This document shows positions 19,151 through 29,249 of a DNA stretch of 64,000 nucleotides, in pieces. A program made the translations under genes and the position numbers. The stretch is from Pseudomonadota bacterium (GTDB lineage Bacteria > Chloroflexota > UBA6077 > JAJPGT01). The stretch is taken from assembly GCA_021325655.1 (NCBI GenBank), contig JAJPGT010000043.1:207959-271958 (forward strand). Reading direction: 5' to 3'. The notes below the pieces were generated by a model that was not told the DNA's origin, did not search any database, and was given only the letters and a program-made list of their open reading frames with translations. Numbering within the stretch: position 1 is the first letter of the stretch; each line of letters starts with the position of its first letter.

Positions 19151-20338
19151 CTACCCGATCACGCCTGCCTCGCGCAGGCGCTCCTGCTCTGCCCGATCGT
19201 AGCCTAGCTCGTCCAGCACTTCCGCGGTGTGGGCCCCCAGCGGCGGGCCGGCCCAGTCCAGCCGCGGCGGCGTCTCGGCCAGCCGCAGCGGGGAGCCAAC
19301 CACCTCAACCAGCCCCAGCTCCGGGTGCGGGAGCCGCGCCAGCACCCCGCGCGCCTGGATCTGCGGCGCTGCCACCACCTGGTCGTAGCGCCGGAGCACG
19401 CCGCAGGGGATACCGGCCGCGTCCAGCCGCGCCATCCACACCGCGGTCGGCGCCAGCACCATCGTCCGCTCGACCTCGTCCGCCAGCTCCGCCCGGTTGC
19501 GGGTTCGGGAGGCGTTGTCGGCGAAGCGCGGTTCCGCCAGCAGGTCGGGCCGCTCCAGGACCTGGCAGAACCGCTCCCACAGGCGCGGCGTGGTGGCGCC
19601 GAGCGTGACGTAGCCGTCGGCCGTGCGGTACGCCTGGTAGGGCGCCGCGCCCCGGTGCGCCGAGCCGATCGCGGTGGGAATCTCGCCGCTCGCCAGGTAG
19701 CCGCTCACCTCCCAGACGGCGAGCGACAGCGCACTCTCCAGCATGCTGATATCGATGTACTGGCCCCGCCCAGCGCGGAGACGGTGAATGAGCGCACTCT
19801 GGATCGCATTGGCAGCGTACAGCGCGGCGGTCAGGTCGGCGATCGGCACCCCCACCTTGGCCGGCGGCTGGTTCGGGTGCCCGTTTACGCTCATCAGCCC
19901 GGACTCCGCCTGGACGACCAGGTCCAGCCCCGGCCGCTCCGCCTCCGGCCCGGTCTGCCCGAAGCCCGACACCGAGCAGTAGATGATCTCCGGGCGAACC
20001 CGGCGCACCGCCTCGTAGTCGATCCCCAGGTCGCGCACCGTCCCCGGGCGGTAGTTCTCCAGGACGACGTCGGCGGTGCGGGCCAGCCGGAGGAAGATCT
20101 CGCGGCCCTCCTCTCGCTTCAGATTCACCACCACGCTGCGCTTGTTGCGGTTGAGAGTGAGGAAGCCCGCGGCGTGACCGCGCAGGTGCGGCGGCGTGGC
20201 GCGGGTATGGTCGCCCGTGCCCGGCGGCTCGACCTTGACGACGTCCATGCCAAGGTCGGCCAGCACCATGCCGGCGAAGGGGGCGGCCATGAAGTTGCCC
20301 AGCTCGATCAGGCGGAAGCCGGAAAGCGGCGCGGACAT
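19151..20338 (-). CDS. CoA-transferase family III (CaiB/BaiF/formyl-CoA transferase-like)
   Basis: N-terminal RLIELGNFMAAPFAGMVLADLGMDVVKVEPP and ENYRPG motifs typical of the family. Confidence 0.88.
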   Translation of the reverse strand: MSAPLSGFRLIELGNFMAAPFAGMVLADLGMDVVKVEPPGTGDHTRATPPHLRGHAAGFLTLNRNKRSVVVNLKREEGREIFLRLARTADVVLENYRPGTVRDLGIDYEAVRRVRPEIIYCSVSGFGQTGPEAERPGLDLVVQAESGLMSVNGHPNQPPAKVGVPIADLTAALYAANAIQSALIHRLRAGRGQYIDISMLESALSLAVWEVSGYLASGEIPTAIGSAHRGAAPYQAYRTADGYVTLGATTPRLWERFCQVLERPDLLAEPRFADNASRTRNRAELADEVERTMVLAPTAVWMARLDAAGIPCGVLRRYDQVVAAPQIQARGVLARLPHPELGLVEVVGSPLRLAETPPRLDWAGPPLGAHTAEVLDELGYDRAEQERLREAGVIG

Positions 20339-20344
20339 GGAACC

Positions 20345-21130
20345 TCAGCGTCCAATGAATCGCGGGGGCCGCTTCTCGAGGAAGGCGCGCACTCCCTCAC
20401 GGAAATCCTCGGTTCCGAAAAATCCGGCCTGCTCGCGCTGCGTGTCTCCGACGCCGCTGAGCGAGGGATCGTCCAGCACCGTCTCGACCGCGCGTTTGGC
20501 CCAGCGGACCGACAGCGGCGCGGCCGCCAGAATCGCCTGGACCAGCCGTTCCGCCTCGGCCTCCAGCCGCTCCGCCGGATAGACCGCGTTCACCAGCCCG
20601 GTGCGCAGCGCCCAGGCGGCGTCGAAGCGGCCGGCGCTGAATAGCATCTCCTTGGCCGCGGCCGGCCCCACCGCCCGCACCAGGCGGCGCACCTCGTCGT
20701 AGCCGATGGTGATCCCGAGCCGGGCGGAGGGAATGCCAAACACCGCGTCCTCGGAGGCGAGGCGCAGGTCGGCCATGAGCGCCAGCTCACAGCCGCCGCC
20801 AAGGCAGAAGCCATGAATTACCGCGATCAGCGGCTGTGGCAGCGAGGCGAGCGCATCGAGCGCCTGCTGCACGATCCGGTTGTATTCGAGCGCGAGCTCC
20901 GGGGTCGAGCGGCGGGTTTCGAACTCGGAGATGTCCGCGCCAGCGCAGAAGGCGCGCTCACCCGCGCCGCGCACGACCACCACCCGAACCGCGCTCTCGC
21001 CGGCCAGCTCCCGTGCCACCTGCCCGAGCCGCTCCCAGCCGGCAACTTTCAGGGCGTTATGTCGAGCTGGCTGGTCGAGAATAATCGTCCCAACCGCTCC
21101 CGCCCGCTGAAGCTGCACCCCGGCGTCCAC
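20345..21130 (-). CDS. Enoyl-CoA hydratase/isomerase (crotonase) family protein
   Basis: Crotonase signatures FCAGADI and IAVIHGFCLGGGCELALMAD. Confidence 0.88.
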   Translation of the reverse strand: MDAGVQLQRAGAVGTIILDQPARHNALKVAGWERLGQVARELAGESAVRVVVVRGAGERAFCAGADISEFETRRSTPELALEYNRIVQQALDALASLPQPLIAVIHGFCLGGGCELALMADLRLASEDAVFGIPSARLGITIGYDEVRRLVRAVGPAAAKEMLFSAGRFDAAWALRTGLVNAVYPAERLEAEAERLVQAILAAAPLSVRWAKRAVETVLDDPSLSGVGDTQREQAGFFGTEDFREGVRAFLEKRPPRFIGR

Positions 21131-21216
21131 TGGCAGCCTGCCTCCCGTTCAGCGGCAATGATACGCCGGGCGGGCGCGGGGATGGCGGCCATGGAGCCTG
21201 GATCGCGGGCGCGGCG

Positions 21217-21555
21217 CTACGCGGAGCGACGGGCGCGTCGTCTGGGCGCCACGGAGACCGGCGGCGCCTGCGGTGCGAGCACCACTGGGGCCGGAGGAGC
21301 GGCCTTACGAGCCTCCCTGGCTCGCGGCTGAGCGGCGAACAGCGACTCGTCGCGGCCCACCAGGAAGTGGTGCGGGAGCATGCTCGGGCTGCCGATGACG
21401 ACTACCGTGGGATGCTCGAACGCTTCCCCTGGGGCGACGTGGCAGCAGTTGGCCTCTACCCCGAAGCGATCGCGGTAGCGCCTGAGTGCATCTTCGAGCC
21501 GGGCCTGGGGCGGACGTCTCGGATCGGGATCGAACCAGAGCAAGCCCTCGCGCAT
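21217..21555 (-). CDS. Hypothetical protein (112 aa): compact ~70-aa N-domain plus Ala/Pro/Arg-rich basic tail
   Basis: ATG 21553-21555 with [10 protein letters not shown] (21561-21567) and a perfect LexA-type box immediately upstream. I recognise no family. Confidence 0.6.
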   Translation of the reverse strand: MREGLLWFDPDPRRPPQARLEDALRRYRDRFGVEANCCHVAPGEAFEHPTVVVIGSPSMLPHHFLVGRDESLFAAQPRAREARKAAPPAPVVLAPQAPPVSVAPRRRARRSA

Positions 21556-21567
21556 CCGCGCACCTCC

Positions 21568-21581
21568 AGAACGTTTGTTCT
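21568..21581. promoter_or_regulatory. LexA (SOS) operator candidate, AGAACGTTTGTTCT
   Basis: Perfect GAAC-N4-GTTC palindrome with symmetric A/T flanks in the 95-bp divergent region between the 112-aa ORF and tsaD. It abuts the RBS of the 112-aa ORF. Confidence 0.6.
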
Positions 21582-21650
21582 ATTGTAGCACGGGTTGCTG
21601 CGCGGCGGCTGGGCACGGCGCTTATACTCTTCTGAGTGAGGGAGCCCACG

Positions 21651-22712
21651 GTGAGACGCAGCCAGACCCGCATCCTTGGAATCGAAACCTCCTGCGACGA
21701 GACTGCCGCCGCCGTTGTCGTCGACGGCGAGCTGCTCGAGTCGAACGTCGTCGCCACCCAGATCGAGATGCACCAGCGCTATGGGGGCGTCGTTCCAGAA
21801 GCCGCGGCGCGGGGACATCTTACCGGCCTGGTGCCGGTGATCGAGGCAGCGCTGCAACGCGCCGGCTGCGACTGGGGCGATCTGGACGCGGTCGCGGTTA
21901 CCCGCGGGCCCGGACTGGCCCCGGCGCTACTGGTGGGGCTGAACGTCGCCAAGGGGCTCTCCTTCGCCCGCGGTCTGCCGCTCGTCGGAGTGAACCATCT
22001 GGAGGGCCACGTCTACGCGAACTGGCTGCATACGCACGGCGGTCCGACCAGCGCCGAGGATGGCCGGGCCCGGGCGCTGCCGCCGGTGGCCGCCGCTCCA
22101 GCGGCGCAGTTTCCGCTGGTGGCGCTGATCGTCTCGGGCGGCCACAGCGACCTGGTGCTGATGGAGGACCAGCTCCGCTACCGCCGGCTGGGGCGGACAG
22201 TAGACGATGCCGCGGGCGAGGCGTTCGACAAGGTAGCCCGCATGCTGGGGCTGGGCTTTCCGGGGGGGCCGCAGATTCAGCGCGTCGCCGCGCAGGGCGA
22301 CCCCACCCGCTTCCCACTGCCCCGCGCCTGGATGCGCGACAGCTATGACTTCAGCTTCAGCGGGCTGAAGACGGCGGTGCTGCGCGAGATCGAGCGGCTG
22401 AAGGAGCCGCTTCCCGTCTCCGACCTAGCCGCCTCGTTCCAGGAGGCGGTGGTGGACGTCCTGGCGACCAAGACCCTCCAGGCGGTGCACGAGTTCGGCG
22501 CCCGGCAGGTCGCCCTGGCCGGCGGGGTAGCCGCAAACGCTCGCTTGCGGGAGCGGCTGCAGCGGGAGAGCCCGGTGCCGGTACTCATCCCGCCGGTCTG
22601 GCTCTGCACGGACAACGCGGCGATGATCGCCGCCGCCGGCTATCGGCGCTTCCAGGCTGGCGAGCGAGGCGGCCTGGACCTGGATATCGCCCCGGTCTGG
22701 CCGATCGCGTAG
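21651..22712 (+). CDS. tsaD: tRNA N6-adenosine threonylcarbamoyltransferase TsaD (Kae1/Gcp)
   Basis: ILGIETSCDETAAAVV, GVNHLEGH and VSGGHS motifs. Start at GTG 21651, six nt after GAGGGAG. Contains a ~25-aa lineage-specific insert. Confidence 0.92.
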   Translation: MRRSQTRILGIETSCDETAAAVVVDGELLESNVVATQIEMHQRYGGVVPEAAARGHLTGLVPVIEAALQRAGCDWGDLDAVAVTRGPGLAPALLVGLNVAKGLSFARGLPLVGVNHLEGHVYANWLHTHGGPTSAEDGRARALPPVAAAPAAQFPLVALIVSGGHSDLVLMEDQLRYRRLGRTVDDAAGEAFDKVARMLGLGFPGGPQIQRVAAQGDPTRFPLPRAWMRDSYDFSFSGLKTAVLREIERLKEPLPVSDLAASFQEAVVDVLATKTLQAVHEFGARQVALAGGVAANARLRERLQRESPVPVLIPPVWLCTDNAAMIAAAGYRRFQAGERGGLDLDIAPVWPIA

Positions 22713-22766
22713 CACGCCGGCCACGGCCAGCGCGAGGAGGCTGGCCGCTCCCGAGCGCCCGTGGCG

Positions 22767-23291
22767 CTAATGGACGACCAGCACCGGGCAGGGAGCGCCG
22801 TGGACGACGGCGCTGGAGACGCTCCCGAGCAGCAGCGCCTTGAGCTCACTGTGGCCGCGGCTGCCGATTACCAGCAAGTCCACCCCTTCCTCCGCGGCCA
22901 GGGTGCACAGGCGGCTGCCCGGCTGGCCGGTCTCGACCCGCCAGGTGACCGGGATACCGGCCTGCTCGAACGGCTCGCTTGAGCGGCGAAGCAGCTCCCG
23001 CTCTGCCTGCGCTACCTCGTCCGCCATCTCCAGGCTGCCCGCCGGCGGCCCCGCGGCCGGGCCGACCGCCGCGGGCAGGCGGGGGCGCACGTACACCACG
23101 CTCACGGTCGTCTCCGGCACGTGCCGGAGCAGCCCGGCGGCGTACGCCGCCGCCTTCAGCGCCGCCTTCGAGCCATCAGTGCCGAGGATCACGCGGTACA
23201 CGGCGGCAGTATCAGCCGGGCGCGGTCGCGCGTCAACTGTCTGCCCTGAGGCGAGCCCTGGCGCCCAGCCTGGCCACGCAGCGACTTGCAT
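22767..23291 (-). CDS. Universal stress protein (UspA family)
   Basis: RVILGTDGS...LLVIGSRGHSELKALLLGSVSSAVVHGAPCPVLVV. Start uncertain. Confidence 0.8.
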   Translation of the reverse strand: MQVAAWPGWAPGLASGQTVDARPRPADTAAVYRVILGTDGSKAALKAAAYAAGLLRHVPETTVSVVYVRPRLPAAVGPAAGPPAGSLEMADEVAQAERELLRRSSEPFEQAGIPVTWRVETGQPGSRLCTLAAEEGVDLLVIGSRGHSELKALLLGSVSSAVVHGAPCPVLVVH

Positions 23292-23324
23292 ACTGCGCGG
23301 CGCTGCACTAAGATAAGCACGAAC

Positions 23325-23351
23325 TTAGCACTCGCGCCCCAAGAGTGCTAA
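23325..23351. promoter_or_regulatory. CIRCE element (HrcA operator)
   Basis: TTAGCACTC-N9-GAGTGCTAA, a perfect match to the CIRCE consensus, 49 bp upstream of groES. Confidence 0.9.
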
Positions 23352-23399
23352 CACTGAAGCCGCCGCGCGCGGCGACACGGAGTGTAGAGGAGGTCAGAG

Positions 23400-23702
23400 A
23401 TGGCGCTCAACCTGCGTCCCCTGGGTGACCGGGTGGTGGTCCGCCCATTGGCACGCGAGGAGGTTACCAAGAGTGGCATTGTGCTGCCCGACACCGCTAA
23501 GGAGAAGCCACAGCAGGGTGAGGTCCTGGCCGTGGGCCCCGGCCGCACGCTGGACAACGGGCAGCGCGTGGCGATGGAGCTCAAGACCGGGGACCGCGTC
23601 CTCTTCGCCAAGTACTCCGGCACCGAGTTCAAGGAGGGCGAGGACGAGTACCTCATCCTCCGCGAGTCCGACATTCTGGCGATTGTCGAAAACGGCAAGT
23701 AA
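23400..23702 (+). CDS. groES: Co-chaperonin GroES
   Basis: 100 aa, [10 protein letters not shown]...GEVLAVGPG...KYSGTE. Strong RBS. Confidence 0.97.
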   Translation: MALNLRPLGDRVVVRPLAREEVTKSGIVLPDTAKEKPQQGEVLAVGPGRTLDNGQRVAMELKTGDRVLFAKYSGTEFKEGEDEYLILRESDILAIVENGK

Positions 23703-23715
23703 GCCTCATTGCTAA

Positions 23716-25362
<1,647 letters not shown>

Positions 25363-25386
25363 TCCGAGTACTCGGAAGATGCAGTT

Positions 25387-25413
25387 GGGGCGGGGCCATT
25401 TGCGGCCCCGCCC
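25387..25413 (+). terminator. GC-rich hairpin downstream of groEL (intrinsic terminator candidate)
   Basis: GGGGCGGGGCC-loop-GGCCCCGCCC, followed by the T-containing tract TGTCTTATCT. Confidence 0.5.
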
Positions 25414-25504
25414 TGTCTTATCTGCCCCTCACCCCTCCCACAGTGTGGACACAGGGAGATGAGCGCAGTGAGCCGAGGGTGAGGGCAGCCAGGAGCAAGC
25501 CAGG

Positions 25505-25804
25505 CTAATGCCACAGCCGGCTCACGAGTGACTGGAGCCCAGCGACGAGCGGCGTCGCCGCGATACTCGCCCCCAGCCCGGTTAGCACACCGGAGAGAAT
25601 CAGCCGCAGGGCGCGCTCGTTTTCTAATCCCTGCTGGAACAGGACGATCTCGATGAATGAGCCCTCGGTGGAGTCCGCGAGCCGAACGTCGTGGACGAGG
25701 GCTCTGCCGCCCACCCCGCCCAGGTCGCCAGAGCTCGGCCATTGCGTTGCCCGGGAGATCGTCCAGTCCAGCGTGCGGACGCTCACGCGATAGGTATCGG
25801 CCAA
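25505..25804 (-). CDS. Hypothetical ORF, probably the C-terminal continuation of 25859-26620
   Basis: Same frame as the upstream ORF, separated only by one TAG and 18 open codons. It has no RBS and only a TTG start, and ends with a hydrophobic helix. Confidence 0.35.
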   Translation of the reverse strand: MADTYRVSVRTLDWTISRATQWPSSGDLGGVGGRALVHDVRLADSTEGSFIEIVLFQQGLENERALRLILSGVLTGLGASIAATPLVAGLQSLVSRLWH

Positions 25805-25858
25805 GTTCGGCTGCAGCAGGAGATCTGACCGGGTAGCCGGTGAGGCGTTGTCGAACGC

Positions 25859-26620
25859 CTACGCGCCGAACAGTGGCAGGGTGAGTGCTCGCTCGGAGAA
25901 GCTCCTCCGGGTCAGTCCGCCGATCCAGAGGCCATCGAAACGCGGCTGGCCGGCCGAGCCGTCGGAGGTGGTATCCGGGGTGATCGCCCCGGTGACCACA
26001 GTGAGGCCCGAGCGCGGCGGTTCAGCGCCCGGCGCCTGACACTCCACGGGCTGGTCGAAGCGAATGACGTTCGCCAGCGGCAGAAACAGTACGGGAGGGG
26101 AGACATCGGCCACGCAGTCAACGCGGACGCGCGCCTGGCCGCCGACGACGAGACGCCCGGGGAACAGCAGGCTGAAGCGCACCTCGGGGCTCAGGTCCGC
26201 CGGGTAGTCGCCAAGGAGGAAGGTGAGCGGGACGTCCCGCTCACGGTCGAACCCGGGCCACTCCAGCGCTCCGCCATCGTCATCGCCCAGCGCCAGGACG
26301 AGCCCCTCGCGGGTGAAGCTGACCATCGGTTGGAGCACGAGCTCCGGTTCGGTTGGCGGCAAGCGGTCGTAGGCCAGCAGGAGCCCGCCGTTCGGTTCGA
26401 GCTGAACGTCGACGCGCACCGCGTCCAGCCCGAGGCGGACGCCAGCATAGGCGATCGCGGCGCCGCAGAGCAGCGCCACCGCGCCCGGCAGCCAGCCGGC
26501 GCGGCGCCCGACCCCGCGGCTATTCGGAGTCGGCAACGGCGTCGGGCGAGTGCGGCGACCATCCGCCCAGACGACGGCGGCAAGGAAGACAAGGAGCGCG
26601 ATGCAGCCGAGTCTGCTCAT
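25859..26620 (-). CDS. Hypothetical membrane-anchored protein (253 aa) ending at an in-frame TAG
   Basis: Two N-terminal hydrophobic segments (CIALLVFLAAVVWA, LPGAVALLCGAAIAYAGV). The same reading frame stays open past TAG 25859-25861. Confidence 0.55.
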   Translation of the reverse strand: MSRLGCIALLVFLAAVVWADGRRTRPTPLPTPNSRGVGRRAGWLPGAVALLCGAAIAYAGVRLGLDAVRVDVQLEPNGGLLLAYDRLPPTEPELVLQPMVSFTREGLVLALGDDDGGALEWPGFDRERDVPLTFLLGDYPADLSPEVRFSLLFPGRLVVGGQARVRVDCVADVSPPVLFLPLANVIRFDQPVECQAPGAEPPRSGLTVVTGAITPDTTSDGSAGQPRFDGLWIGGLTRRSFSERALTLPLFGA

Positions 26621-26893
26621 TCCACGCGCCGGAAGAGGCGGGGATGAGTCTACCTCACCCCGCCTCCTCCGGCGTCAGCCCCTCCAGTCCAGCACGCCGC
26701 CGTCCAATGTCGTGCAGTCGGCATCAGCCTGCCCACGAAACATGACCGAGCACCTGACCTCGGGACGTGGACGCAACGCGAGGGAGAGGAAGCGAACGGC
26801 CATTCGTGGGACGCGGGAGGGCGCGACAGCGTCCGGGAGGCTCGCCTGGTTCCTCACCAGGGCAGAGCGCAGGCCGATGGAGCGCTGCGCGGG

Positions 26894-28735
26894 CTAATCC
26901 ACCTGGACGACCAGGTCGACCGTCCTGGTGATCCCGCCGCCGTCCAATCGCAGCGTCACGAAGTGGATTCCTGGCGCCACGTTCGGCGCGGTCTGGATCA
27001 CCGCGGTGATCGAGTCGCCCGGGTTGGCCGAACCGGGGACATCCAGTGAGAGCGTGCCCGGCAGGCTCGCCACCGGGTTCGGATCACGCTGTGTGCTGTA
27101 CTCTTTGAAGCTAAGCGACACCGGATCGCTGAAGCCCTCGAAGCCGCGGATGTCGAGCGTGAACTGCGCCGCCTGCCCAGGGGTAATCTTCTGGCCGTTC
27201 GCCGGGCTCACGAACGCCTTGAATTCGCGGGCCTGGCTGCCCGGATCGCCCAAGCCGGGACCGGCCACGGGGGTCCCGGCCGGCATCCCATTCTGGACGA
27301 TGATGACCGGGTCACCGCCAATAAAGAAGTATCCATTCGGGTCCTGCGGGCCGCGCGCCGAGGCGGGGCCAAGGTCTACCACGTACCAGCCGTCGACGTC
27401 CTCCAGCGGCTGCTGGTTGCCCAGCTTGTCGATCCGCACCGTGCTGCTGCCCACCTTGGGGATGCGGGCGCGCAGTGGGGCCCCGTCGGCATTCCAGAGG
27501 ATGCTGATACGCTGGTCTCCCCGATCGGCGACGACCTGGTAGACCTCCCAGTTGGGATAGTAGGAATCCGGATTGACCGGCCAGGGAGTTCCCCATGCCT
27601 GAGTCTCACGGTCATAGGGGACGAACTTCACGTTCTGCGCTCCGTTGAGCCATTGCACCGCGGTCTTGAAGGCGGTGTAGGCCGGGCGCAGACTGCCGTC
27701 ATCGCGGGCCAGGCCCCAGATGGCTGACTCGGCGCAGGAATCGCTATCGGTCATCTGGTACCAGCCGATGCGGTCCCAGCCAGCCGCCAGCGCCATGGCG
27801 AGCGCCTGGACGACGTAGGCCGCCTGCACATCCAGGCTGACGTTGGAAGGATTGTTGGCGAACCGCTCAGCGCAGGGAACGGCCGGGTCGAACGGCATCG
27901 CGTTCGTCTCGGTGAGCCAGAGTGGCTTGTCGATGCCGTACTTGCGCATCAGCCGCTTCATCTCGACGGGAATCCGATAGATGTCGTCGGGGGCACGGTA
28001 GATGTTGAAGGCGACGGCGTCGAAGTAGAAGTTGCTGTCGCGCGCGGTGCTGTCGCTCTTGTAGGCATCTAGCACTCGCTGGAAGAACTGCTCGCGGCCG
28101 GCGTTCTTGTCCGCCCAGTACGCGGTACCGGCGAAGATGACCTTGGCGCTGGGATTGGCCAGCTTGATGTTCTTGTACGCGACGCGCAGTAGCTGGAGAT
28201 AGTCCTCTGGTCCGCCAGCCCAGGTCCACGCTGGCCCATTGCCGTTATCGGAGGGGCGAATCTCTGGCTCGTTCCAGATGATCCAGGTGTCGATCGCGCC
28301 GGCGTAGTGTGCGGCCATCTGGCGGGTGAACTGGCCCCAGTAGTTGTTCGGATCATCCCAGGCCAGGTTCAGGTTCTTCGGAACGGAGCGCTGCCCATCG
28401 CTCGGGTTGGACTGCGCCCAGGGCGGGGTGAACTCCAGCAATCCCACCACCTGCACGCCGCTATTCAGCTCGGCGGCAAGCTGCTGTGGGGTGAAGACGA
28501 GATCGGCCCGGAAATCCGTCGGGCCGTTAGGCTGGATGGCGCTCCAGGAGAACGTCAGTCGCTCCCAGCCGATGCCCGTATCTTTCGACGCCTGGTTCTT
28601 CTCACCCTCGTCGATTCCGAAGCGGGGATCCCGCGGTGGCGCAGCCAGCCGTTCGGCTCCCGCTGCCGTTCCGACCAGCGAGCTCGCCAGCGCCAGCGCC
28701 GCTAATGCCGCCGAAACACTTCGCCATCCCCACAC
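26894..28735 (-). CDS. Secreted clan GH-A (TIM-barrel) glycoside hydrolase with a C-terminal beta-sandwich domain
   Basis: Signal peptide after GTG 28735 (WGWRSVSAALAALALASSLVGTAAG). Acid/base WIIWNEPE and nucleophile LWLTETN motifs. C-terminal NPGDSITAVIQTAPNVAPGIHFVTLRL resembles a CARDB/NEW3-type domain. Confidence 0.75.
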   Translation of the reverse strand: MWGWRSVSAALAALALASSLVGTAAGAERLAAPPRDPRFGIDEGEKNQASKDTGIGWERLTFSWSAIQPNGPTDFRADLVFTPQQLAAELNSGVQVVGLLEFTPPWAQSNPSDGQRSVPKNLNLAWDDPNNYWGQFTRQMAAHYAGAIDTWIIWNEPEIRPSDNGNGPAWTWAGGPEDYLQLLRVAYKNIKLANPSAKVIFAGTAYWADKNAGREQFFQRVLDAYKSDSTARDSNFYFDAVAFNIYRAPDDIYRIPVEMKRLMRKYGIDKPLWLTETNAMPFDPAVPCAERFANNPSNVSLDVQAAYVVQALAMALAAGWDRIGWYQMTDSDSCAESAIWGLARDDGSLRPAYTAFKTAVQWLNGAQNVKFVPYDRETQAWGTPWPVNPDSYYPNWEVYQVVADRGDQRISILWNADGAPLRARIPKVGSSTVRIDKLGNQQPLEDVDGWYVVDLGPASARGPQDPNGYFFIGGDPVIIVQNGMPAGTPVAGPGLGDPGSQAREFKAFVSPANGQKITPGQAAQFTLDIRGFEGFSDPVSLSFKEYSTQRDPNPVASLPGTLSLDVPGSANPGDSITAVIQTAPNVAPGIHFVTLRLDGGGITRTVDLVVQVD

Positions 28736-29011
28736 GCCCACCCTCCGAACATTCCTGCTCGACGGCGGCGCCCTGAACGGGAACGCCCCGGAATTCAGCC
28801 GCCTGCGATGGTATCGACGCGGTCGAGCCGCGGGCAAGCAAAATGACACAGTTCGGGAACAATGGGCGGAGCGCCCGGTACCATTGGGAAACATTGCCGC
28901 AACAAATGGCAGGGCGCAACCCGCGGCTCGCCGAAGGGGACTCGCCACACCAGGGCGACCATCGGTACGCTAGAGGAGGCCGCGGCGCGACGCCGAGGGA
29001 GGAGGAGCGAC

Positions 29012-29185
29012 GTGCTGGACGAGGAGCTGTTGCAGATTCTGGCCTGCCCGGTGGATAAGGAGCCGGTGCGGCAGGAGGGCGATCGGCTGGTCTGCACTGC
29101 CTGTGGCCGGCGCTACCCGATCCGCGACGGGATTCCGGTGATGCTGGTGGACGAGGCGGAGCTCCCGCCGCCGGCCCACACCTGA
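29012..29185 (+). CDS. Trm112/YcaR-family small zinc-ribbon protein (57 aa)
   Basis: LLQILACPVDKEPV...LVCTACGRRYPIRDGIPVMLVDEA. GTG 29012 is preceded by GGGAGGAGGAG. Confidence 0.85.
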   Translation: MLDEELLQILACPVDKEPVRQEGDRLVCTACGRRYPIRDGIPVMLVDEAELPPPAHT

Positions 29186-29249
29186 GCGGAGCTTAGCGCC
29201 GTGCTGTAATCCGGCGCGCCGCTCCCTGCGGACGCGGTGGCCGCGCCGA

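Noticed and set aside
17548-19608. 686-aa plus-strand ORF, the longest hypothetical ORF in the track
   Set aside because: It runs in an alternative frame of the FAD-linked oxidase and antisense to the CoA-transferase. Its composition is extremely Arg/Pro/Ala/Gly-rich with no motifs, which is typical of a GC-driven shadow ORF.
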